From: a virus
Length of the DNA stretch: 64,000 nt
Direction: 5' to 3' (one strand)
Virus record (IMG/VR): IMGVR_UViG_3300032285_001029
Coordinates: 77,856 to 141,855 of that record
The position numbers and the translations under genes were made by a program. The notes beneath the pieces were generated by a model. The model did not search any database. It was not told the DNA's origin and saw only the letters and a program-made list of their open reading frames with translations. This document shows, piece after piece, positions 29,101 through 41,100 of the stretch; position 1 is the stretch's first letter; every line of letters begins with the position of its first letter.

Positions 29101-32100
29101 TTTTGGCCAGCATACGAACCTAAAATACTCTTAGATAACACATTGTTGACTCCAAGAGAATTAATACAAGGACACGATGGTAGTCTCACATTAACGTACG
29201 GCGATTATAGAGACGATTTATTACTTGAATTAGAAAAGAGAATTTTTAATAACATCAAGATATCTTATAATACTGAAATTTTTGATGTTTATGATTTTAT
29301 TCCTGGATATAATAGAACAACAGATTACAGTTTATCTGAATTTAACAGTACGTTGTCGCCATATTTTTATGAATGGATCGGGCTAACTAATTCAGATTTT
29401 ACAACACCATTTAGCTTCGATACATCAAATTCATTTACATATAACTATGCAGGGCATTATGCCCCTAATGGGGAAGCAACACCTGGATTTTGGCGAGGGA
29501 TCTATCGTTGGATGTTTGATACAGATCATCCTAATGAAACTCCTTGGGAGATGCTAGGATTTACAAGTGAGCCAACATGGTGGACATCTGTGTATGGTCC
29601 AGCACCCTATACCAGTAACAATTTAATTTTATGGAATGACTTGTCGGAAGGTATTGTTAGAGCACCTGGATCGACTACCTCGGTTCGTACAAAATTTATT
29701 CGTCCTATTTTGAAAACTAATATTCCAGTTGACGAAAACGGTGAACTACTAAGTCCTTATAGTGCAGGTTTAGCATTAGGTACTATAACTGATGCTACTT
29801 CTGGAAGTTACGTGTTTGGCGATATAAGTCCAGTAGAAACAGCATGGCGTAGAAGTAGTTATTATCCTTATACAGTATTGTTAGCGTCAACGTTATTGCA
29901 GCCTTCTAAAACTATAGGAATTTTTCTAGACAGATCACGTGTTACTCGTAATCCAGCCGGACAATTAGTTTATGCAGACACAATGTTGCGAATTCAACCA
30001 AGTACGTTAGCTTTATCTAGTGTTTATTCATCATCAGTGAATGTACAAACTGCAGGTTTAATTAATTTTATTGTCAACTATGTCTTAGATGATACTCTTG
30101 AATCGTATGCTGCTTATAAAACAGATTTAACAAATATAAATTGTCAGTTAAGTTATAGATTAGGAGCATTTACAAGTAAAGAAAAGTTTGATATTATACT
30201 TGATTCAAGAACTCCGCTAAGTGCAAGTAATAGTGTATTTGTACCTAAAGAAAACTATAATCTTCATCTTAATAAGTCTAGTCCGATTAACAGAATAATT
30301 TATAGTGGAGTTATTATAACCAGATTAGCAGATGGATTTGTAATTAATGGTTATAGTAAGGTACAACCTTATTTTAATTACTATTCATATTACGATACTG
30401 GAATAGTAGTTAACATTGGCGGTATATCTGAAAGTTATGTTAATTGGACAGCCGGAGAAAGTTATTATCCTGGCCAAGTTGTACAGTATAATAGGCAATT
30501 TTATAGAACGATTTCTTCTCAGATTTTAGTTACCTCATTTGATCCAACAGGATATGTTCTTTTAAAATCTCTCCCAATTAATGGCGGTGTTAATTCTAAT
30601 TTTAGAAGTAAATGGAACAGAAAAGAATCGCTAGTACTTCCTTACGGAACTAAACTAGAAAAAATACAAGATGTTGTTGACTTTTTATTAGGGCATGGTG
30701 AATATTTAAAAGATCAAGGATTTATTTTTGAAGACTTTAATCCAAATCTTCCAGATATTTGTAATTGGGAAACTAGTGCTAAAGAATTTTTATTTTGGAC
30801 AACACAAAATTGGTCTTCGGTGCAGGATAAATGGACCGAGTGGACTCCTAATATTGACATAGAGTATAATGAAATAGTTCGATATAACGGAGAATATTAT
30901 CAAGCTTTACAAAAAATACCAGCCACTTCATCGGTTCCAGTAAACAACTTATCAGTTAGTGGCGAAGAAGGAGATTACAGATTATATGCCGACGATGTAT
31001 TAGGTGTTTATATAGGAATGTTAGTTACTGGACCAGGTGTTGAAGCAGGTGCTCTAGTGCAATCTGTCACCGGTCATGGGCCATATGTCATTAATTTAAC
31101 AGAGAATAATATTGGGACAGTAACACAGGCATCTTTTGTAGGATTTTTTAACACTAATCTGTATGAAAACTTACCAGGTTTAGACACAGTAGGAAGTGCG
31201 GTAATAAGTCTTAGTCCTGCAGCAGGACAAATTACCTTCCTTGCAGACTTAGCAGTAGTAGAGTCTGTAACGGATCCATTTAATAGTTATTCTATTTTTA
31301 AAGTGGACGGTACTCCTATTTCTCCTCAGTTCATAGACTCATATAGAAATGGCAATGTTGTAAGCTATCGAGCTAATAACAATGATGGCATATATGCCGC
31401 AACTTTTTACTTAATACAGCAAGAACAAATTTTGTTATTAGATAATGTTACAATGTTTAATGACACAATTTATAATCCTGAAACAGGATACAGACAGGAA
31501 AGAATTAAGATCTCTGGATACGTAAGTTCTGAATGGTACGGTGGTTTTGATGTACCTGGATTTATTGTAGATCAAGCAATAGTTAAAAATTGGGAAGCCT
31601 GGCAAGATTATGCACTAGGAGATACAGTCCTTTATCAACAGTACTACTATTCAGCTAATAGATTTGTCCCTGGTGTCGATGTCTTTAAGATAGCCGAACC
31701 CGATGGTGTAATTAATTGGATTAAATTATCAAGTGCTCCAGCATCTAAACTTATTCCTAACTGGTCGTATAAGGCTACACAATTTACAGATTTTTACAGT
31801 TTAGATAGTGACAATTTTGATGCAGATCAACAGTCGTTAGCACAGCATCTTATTGGTTATCAAAAACGTCAATATCTTGAAAATTTAATTCAAGATAGTG
31901 TAGGTGAATTTAAGTTTTATCAGGGAATGATTTATGATAAAGGCACGCAGAATGCTTTTAATAAATTATTTGGTGTTTTAAATTCCGAGAATGCTGACAG
32001 TTTACAATTCTATGAAGAGTGGGCAATTCGTGTAGGTCAATATGGATCTGCAGAAGGGTTTGAAGAAATAGAATTTGTTTTAGATGAAGAAGAATTTAAT

Positions 32101-35100
32101 AAGCGTAATCCTCAAGGATTTGAGTTAGTGTCTAGATTAGATGAAGAGCATAGTGATTTTGTCAATCGACTAAGTCCTAACGAGATATATTTAAAACCTT
32201 TAAACTATTCCAGCAATCCTTGGCCGACGATATCTAACTATCGTCCTTACTTACGATCAGCCGGTTATGTACGTCCAGGCGAAGTTTCAGCATCGATTGC
32301 ATCAATAGATAATATTATTGACATTGATATTGCTACATTAGTCGACGGCGATTATATTTGGTGCGGATTTGAAGGCCCGAGTTGGAATGTTTATAGATTT
32401 ACAAACACAAAAAATAAAGTAACAGAATTAACATATTCCTCTAATAAACTTAATATTACCTTTAGTCATAATCACGAACTAAGAGCAGGCGATTATGTTG
32501 GTATACGTGAGTCTGGTGGATTTGATGGATTTTATAAAATCACAGATATGAACCCTGTGACTATTATTATTTCAACTACATTAACTACAGCACCATTAGT
32601 CCCGTATGAAGGCTTAAATGATATAGTAATTTTTAGATTCAATTCTCAAAGAGCAAGTAGTATTGATACTGCTAATTCTTCGATACCGCAAGAAATTAAG
32701 AGCGGAGAGTTATTATGGACCGACGATAATGGATCAGGCATTTGGTCTACATGGCAAAATGATACAGTTTATGCAGACTCTGAAATTAAATTTAGTTTAC
32801 CTAAAGCAGGATTAGGGTTTGGAAGAGAAATAGCAATTACTTCAGATGGAAGTCTTGCTGCTATTTCGACTAAGACAGGACAAACATTCATTTATCATAA
32901 GTCTAGTCCTTCTTCGTCGTGGATACAACGAGACACTATCGATGCTCCGGAGATATCCAAGTCTGATGTATTTGGAAATAATTCTAATGAATTTGTACAA
33001 CTGGCAGAAGTATTAGCTATGTCTCCTGATGGAGCATGGCTTGCTATTGGATCACCGACTGCAAGTAATGCAGCTACTATACAAAAAACTTATTATAAGG
33101 CCGTAGATATTTTAGCAGGGACTAATTCAGGATTAGCTGGTCAGGGTGCAGTATCTTTATATAAGAAAGATGCAAATAACATTTTCACTCTAGTAGACAC
33201 AATTTTAAGTCCATCCCCTACTGCAGGAGAACTATTTGGATCTAGTTTAGTATTCAAACAGACTACACAATCTAACAATTTTGTTAGTTATAATCTTTTA
33301 GTTGGCGCTAAGGGCTTTAATTCAGGAATCGGTCGAGTTTACGAAATCAAATATCAGCAGTTAGTGCAAGCTACTGCATCTTATAATCCAAATGGCAGTA
33401 GTAATAATGGTATAGTAGGTATCAATGTAGATTCTCCTGGTAGCGGATTTTTAACTAATCCTATTGTGATTATTGCCGCTCCTACTGATTCGGGAGGTGT
33501 GCAAGCTACCGCTACATGTACAATTGGTGTTGCAAGTGCTAGACTTATTCAAGCAGGATCTGGCTACTTAGTAGGCGATTTATTAACAGTTACAGGTGGA
33601 TCGTCAACGCAACCTGCAATTTTAAGAGTAACTGCTATTAACACAAACATTCAAAAAGGTAACATTGGTGCTGTTTTAGGAGTGTCTATAGTTAATGCTG
33701 GAAAGTATACAGTAGCTCCGACCTTAACAAACATTGTTACTGGTGGCACCGGAACAAATGTTCGATTTGCTATTGAAGTTGGAATATCTTCATTTACGGT
33801 TACAAATCCCGGCGGCGGATATATTGAAAAACCATTTGTAAGTTTTTCAGGAACAGGATCAGGAGCAGTTGCTACAACAGTATTAGGTAGTGTAGTGACC
33901 TTATCTTCAACATCGGGCATAGCACCAGGTATGAGTATAACTGGTACAGGATTTACAAACAATCAAACTGTGACTTCGGTTGTAAATTCTACAGCTATAG
34001 TTATTTCTTCTGCAGCTTCCTCTATACCTTCGGGCAATTTAAATTTTTCAATAGTTCAATGGAATTATAACACTAGCAGTTATATTTCTGCTCCAAATGG
34101 TCAAAAAGCATTTGGTAGTAGTTTATCATCTGCAGTTTTGGGTAATGTTTTAGCAGTTGGTGCTATTGGTGTGCCGTTTGACGGGACTTATAATTCGGAA
34201 GTAGTTGGTAGAGTTAATTTATATCAAAATAATGGAACAGCTTGGACTTTGATTCAGTCTCCTATTGTAGGAGGCGAATACGGGTTTAGTAAAGGATTAA
34301 GTGTATCCGAAGATGGCATATGGGTTGCTATAGGATCTCCTTATAAGTTAAAAAAATATAGCAATCAAGGACAAGTAGATTTATATTATAATGATACTGG
34401 CACTTTTAATTTTTATCAAGAAGTAGAAAATATTAATCCTCAAGTTAATGGACTGTTCGGTGCCGGAGTAGCTTGGATGAACGGCAGCAATACTATGGTT
34501 GTTTATAGTCAGAACTCCGATATAGAAACTCTTGAAATATTTGATTCTGGTAATACAATATTTGATGGAAATTCTACTAAATTTAAATCTATTGTTAGAA
34601 ACAATGGACGTATAGATGTGTATGACAGGTATAATTTAAACTTTATATATGGCGAGACATTAAGAGATCTTGCAGAATTAAACAGTGAATATGGTGATGG
34701 TTTTGCAGTTGGTTCAAACAATATTTTAATTGGAGCCCCATCTGCTACTGTTAATAATCTTATTGCTGGCAGAGTATTTGGTTACGGTAAAAAATCTAAT
34801 GCATATAGTTGGACTATACTACATCATGAAATTCCTAAAGTCAATTTAACTAAATTTAAACGTGCATTAATATACGATAAAACAAATAGCTCGTTAGTAT
34901 CCTATATTGATATTATCGATCCAATGCAAGGAAAAATTCCTGGACCAGCAGAACAAGAAATAAGATATAAGTCTTTCTATGATCCTGCAATATATTCGAT
35001 AGGTAACGCAACAGTAAATGTTAGCGAAGGTCAAGCATGGACTGATGCCCAAGTCGGACAACTATGGTGGGATTTACGAACTGCAAAATTTATTGATGCG

Positions 35101-38100
35101 CACGACAATGATGTAGTTTATAGAAACAATTCCTGGGCATTATTATTTCCCGGTGCTAGTATCGATATATATGAATGGGTTTCATCGTCCTATACTCCTA
35201 GTCAGTGGAACAAGCTAGCAGATACTGTTTCAGGACTTTCACAAAATATCAGCGGCCAAAGTCTGTATGATGATACAGTTTACTCTAGCACTCAGAGTTA
35301 TAATAATGTTAGTAAAACTTATAAAACAACATATTATTTCTGGGTAAAAAATAAAACAATTGTACCTAATCTTAAGAATCGATCTCTCTCAGCTAGCGAC
35401 GCTGCTAATCTTATCGGAAATCCAAGAGGTGCCGGATATAAATTTTTAGCATTGACAGGTTCTAATAGTTTCAGTCTAGCAAATGTCAAACCCTTATTAA
35501 ATGATAAAAATATGGTCTTGTCTGTTGAATATTGGACTATAGACAATCCTGAACATGCATTAGTACATCGTCAATATGCAATTATTAACAATGATAAAAA
35601 TACAGTCCTACCTGAGTTAATTGAACAAAAATGGTTTGATAGTCTGTGCGGAAAAGATCAAAATGGCCGTGTGGTGCCGGATGTAAAGTTACCGCCTAAA
35701 TTAAAGTATGGTATAGAATTCAGGCCTCGTCAAGGCATGTTTGTTAATCGATCCGAGGCGTTAAAGCAGTTTATTGAAGAAGTTAATAGAACATTAATCT
35801 CCTATCAAATAACTACAAATAAAAATATATCCGCATTGGATTTATATGAATTACCGCCATCGGATCTTACTGGATTGTATGACATAGTTAAAGATACCGA
35901 TTATGATTTACGTTTTGTAAATGTTGGCAATTTCTCTTTACCTTCGTTAGTGGCTGTAATCACAGAAGGCAGAATTACTGGAGTAACAATCGTAAGTGCA
36001 GGATCGGGTTACATAAATGCACCGTACATTACAGTATCAGGCGACGGCGAAGGTGCAATTTTAAAAGCACAAATAAATGCATTCGGTCAGTTGATCGGAG
36101 TAACGATTGTCGATCCTGGCCAAGGATATAATGAAGAAAATACCATGTTGGGTATTAGAAGTTATAGTGTATTAGTTCACAGCGATAGCGGATCTCAAGG
36201 TTATTGGAGTATATACACATTCGATCTCACAACTCGTGTTTGGTCAAGAATACAAACACAGAGTTACGATGTTCGCCCTTATTGGAGTTATGCTGATTGG
36301 TATGATACTAATTATAATCAATATACAGTTGTAGATTATTCTGTAAACACATTTACAGGACTGTATGGAATTAATTCCAAGATAGGTGAACTAGTTAAGG
36401 TTAAAACCACAAATAACGGTACTTGGATGATTTTAGAAAAGTATGCCGAATCGGAAAGTATTGATTGGACACAACGCTATAAACCAATAGCAGTTGAAAA
36501 GGGCACAATACAGTTTAATTCTATTCTGTACAACCTTACTGATACGGTTTATGGGTATGACGGTGCATTGTATGATGATTTAAATTTTGATAATTCTGCT
36601 AATCAAGAATTAAGAATTATTTTAGACGCAATAAAAAATGATATTTTAATTGACGATTTAAGACAAGCTTATTTAAATTTATTTTTCTCCAGTGTACGAT
36701 ATGCTATTAGTGAACAAACAAGTGTCGACTGGATTTTCAAAACTAGCTTTATTAAAGCAGATCATTTAGTAGGACCTCTTAAACAGCCGGTTAACTATCA
36801 GCCTGATAATCTTTCAGATTTTGAAAGTTATATTTCAGAAGTAAAACCGTATCGGACAAAAATTAGAGAGTATGTAGACAATTACAGTAATTTAGATTTA
36901 GGATCTACTGCTGTAACAGATTTTGATTTGCCTCCACAATATCAATCCGGTGCAATTGTTCCGATTTTAACAGGTTATAGTAATGATAACGTAACGGTTG
37001 ATAATGCAATTATCGATTCTGTGTATCCTTGGGCATTTTGGAATGACAATCATTCTTATAAAGTTATTGAATTAAGGATTGTCGATGCCGGCAGCGGATA
37101 TATTACAGCACCCGAAGTTATTATCGAAAGCGGTTCAGGTGCCGGCGCAACAGCTAAAACGTTTATCACTAATGGATCTATTAGAACAGTCGTTCTATTA
37201 ACATCTGGGTCTGGATATCTTAGTGCACCTACTGTTGTACTAAATGGCGGCGTTACTGATGGCGGACGTAAAGCAAGGATAATCGCAGTAATAGGCGACG
37301 GTGTTGTTAGAAAAACAACAGTAGGAGTTAAGTTTGATAGACTTTCAAAAACATATTCTTTGATAGAATTAGAAAAAATCGAAACTATAACAGCATCGGC
37401 TTCTAAATTACAATATACTTTGCCGTGGGCACCTGATATAAGATTAGGAACTCATTCTGTTACAGTTAATGGCATTCCTGTAATTTCAGATGATTATGCA
37501 TTGTCTGTTAAGACTTCAAATAGTTTAGGTTATACTAGCTACTCCGGACTAATAACTTTTGATAATTCTTTCACAGCAGGATCAGTTATTAAAGTAAGCT
37601 ATTTGATAAACTGGTCATTGTTACATGCATCGGATAGAGTTCAGTATTATTACACTCCTGAAACTGGACAACCAGGAAAAGAGTTAGCACAACTAATGTC
37701 TGGTGTAGACTACGGCGGAGTGATTGTTAATAGTTTTGGCTTCGAAACAAATTATGGTTGGGATTCATCGTCATTGTTCAGTGATGTGTGGGATGGTACT
37801 GACAGTTCCTTTACCGATTATATAACAGTAGTCGATGCCGATACACATACTTTTAACTTGCCTTACTTACCCGCCACAGGCACAAATTTAAATATTTACT
37901 ACAGTGAATATTTTTCAGAAACCTATGCAGGAGACGGTGTACAAACACAATTTACGTTTGATATAAGACAACAAACACCTGTTGCATCTGTAAGTTGTTC
38001 TTCAAATATATTATTACCATACAGTGCTACATTTCAAGGATTAGGGATCGCTATTACTAATGTCATTGGATCAGGCTCTTCGATAGTAGTTTCATTTGCT

Positions 38101-41100
38101 ACTAGATCAGAAATACCATTTTCTTTAAATCAGATTATTAGTATTTCAAACATAGCAACTACTGTAAATTCTCTACAAAGTTATAGTCACTATAATGGAA
38201 TTTATACAGTAACATTTGCTACAAATCATAGTATAACTCTCATTGGCACTGACACTGCACAATACGCATCAGGCGGTACAATTTCGTTGGTCAATGAAAC
38301 TCTAGTCGCGTTAGACTCTACTATGGATCTAGATGCAGGAATGAAATTAATACGAACTAACGCAGGATATAATACAGTTATCGGCGAAATTAAAACGGTT
38401 ATTAATTCAACGTTAGTTACGCTAGTACAATCACTAGAAAGTAAATCAGTTGCAGTTTTAACTACCTCATCAGTAAGTGCAGGAGCCACTGTTCTATCTT
38501 TTAGAAGTACTTCGTCGTTAATTAGCGGAAGCACCGTAGTTGGCGGCCCAATTGGTATATTAGATAATGTAACTATGACAATATTAAGCGGAACTCAAAT
38601 AACATTAAGTTCGTCGCTGACCAGTGCGGTAGATGCTGGCACATCTTTCACGTTTACATATACTCCAATTCCAGATACAGGAGAAACAGTATTAATTACC
38701 TATAATGCAAAAGGAAGTAATAAGCTGCAGTTAGATAGCATTGATAATATTCAATTAAAAGACAAAGTATCTTTAGTAGGAACTGATCTAACTCTTTTCG
38801 CTTATTCGACTACAGTTAGTACTATTTTAAACAATAACATTCTTGAACTTGATCATGTATTATATGACACTGTAGTTTCCGCAGAAACTGTTTTATTTGA
38901 AAGAACTTTAACAATTAATCCTAAAACGTCTGTAGCCGGTGTGGGTGTAGTTACATTATTAGACCCAATAAACACAGGAGAGACATTAACCATAAGTTCA
39001 AATTTAGCTCCTGTAAGAATTGATGATGAAAATTATGGAACATTGAATCAAACAAATGCAGATGCTGTAATGCTAACTGTAGTTGCTGATGGAGAAAGTC
39101 GACAGGTCGATATTCCTGGTACATTTGTAGTTAATGATTTTGATAAGTTTATTATTCGTCAAAGTACCAGCGATGGATCAATAGAACCATTAACCAGCTC
39201 ATTTGATACCAAAATAGATGGCGGAAACATGGCATATACTAGTGCATCGGGTCTATTGGCGGATGACATTACTATAGACGGAGATGGATTTGTAACCCCA
39301 ATGACCAGCTATTTCCCGGAAGAAGTTGTTCCAGGACAAGTAGTAGATGCGTTAGCTATTAAAGTTTTTGATAAACCGTCCGGTGGATCAGCAGAGATTT
39401 TAGTTCAAAAATATCTAGCAGATGGGGAAACATTTGAGTTTAATATAGGACAGATTCCTAATAGCTCGTCAGCAGTAATTGTTAAAACAACAGTTGCTGA
39501 TGTAACTACAATTTTAACTGAAACAACTGATTACATAGTAGATTATAAAAATCAAACTATTGTTTTTGTAAACTTGCCAGATATTGACACATTAGTGTCG
39601 ATTTACAGCATTGGATTTAGTGGAACTGACATTCTTGTTTTTGATTATTTTGTTGGAGACGGACATACAAAAGAATTTGTAACACAGGCAAAATGGATAA
39701 GTTCCTTCACATCCGGTACGTATGTAGATGGAAATTCCGTAGATAATTTAACATTTGAAACAGATGATACGTATGATTCTGCACATAGAATTGGCTTTAG
39801 ATTAGTCGATGCCCCTGCAGTAGGATCAATAATCGCATATATCTTTGTAGCCGGAGCCACACAGACTTTTGCAATAACTAGTAAGCAGATAATTCCTACT
39901 GATGGTACATTAACTTATGCATTAGATAATATTGTTGGAGATGCTTTACCAAACGAAACAACGATGATTGTTCGTGTAGATCAAACAATATTACCAAGAC
40001 CTAAAAATAGTTACTTTACAATCGCAAACAATCAATTAGTTTATACAGTTGATCCGGGACTGTTCACACCATATAAAGTGAGATCAGAAGATGTTGCAGT
40101 AATAGTCGGCGGAGTTATATTAAAAAATTCTGTAGATTATCTTTTAGATGTAGCCGGAATACAAATTACGTTGTATGAAACAACCTATTTAAAATATGTT
40201 GATCAAGCAATGATTATAAGCATTAAAACACAGGCAGGATATTTTTACATTCCTCCTGCAAACAGATTTACACCTCCTTATATTCAGTTTAGTCATCCTT
40301 ATGATAATACAAGTACTGTCGAAATTATTAGTTCCTACAGAAATAATGTTTTAGGAATGGCGACTAAAGATCTAAATGTGAATCCAAAATTGGCTCTAGT
40401 ACCAGATACACAGGAATATTTTGAATATCAAAATATTTTTGGAGGAATAATAAAGTTAGATGATGCAGTACGAAATGAAAATTATGTATGGGTAACTAAG
40501 AATGGAAAGCTTTTAACTCCAAGTTTAGATTATATTTTAAATTCTGATTTTAGAACTTTAAAACTAGCAGTCAGCCCTAATACTGCAGATAATATTACTA
40601 TTTTGACATTTAGCAGTAATATAATAACGTCAGGTATTTCTTATATGCAGTTTAAAGATATGCTGAATAGAACTAGTTATACTAGATTAAGTTTGAATAA
40701 GAGAACACAGCTAGCATCGGATCTTAGAGCTACTGATAAAATAATCACAGTAGTTGACGCTAGTAACTTTGATATTCCAAATCCTGCTGCAAATAAACCT
40801 GGCATTGTTGAAATCAGAGGAGAACGTATAGAATATTTTACGTTAGATGGCAACGTTTTAGGACAATTAAGAAGAGGAGTTTTAGGAACTGGAGTTTCTA
40901 AGATTCATAAATCCGGAAGCTATGTACAAGACATTGGAACGGCTGAAACAATACCGTACACAGATACTACTAATACACAACAGATTGTCAGCACAGGATC
41001 TAACACTATAACAACGAATGTTAAACCAATTAAGTCATCTAGTATATGGTCTTATCAAACAGGATTTACTTCAGTAATACCTACGGGATTTGGACAATCA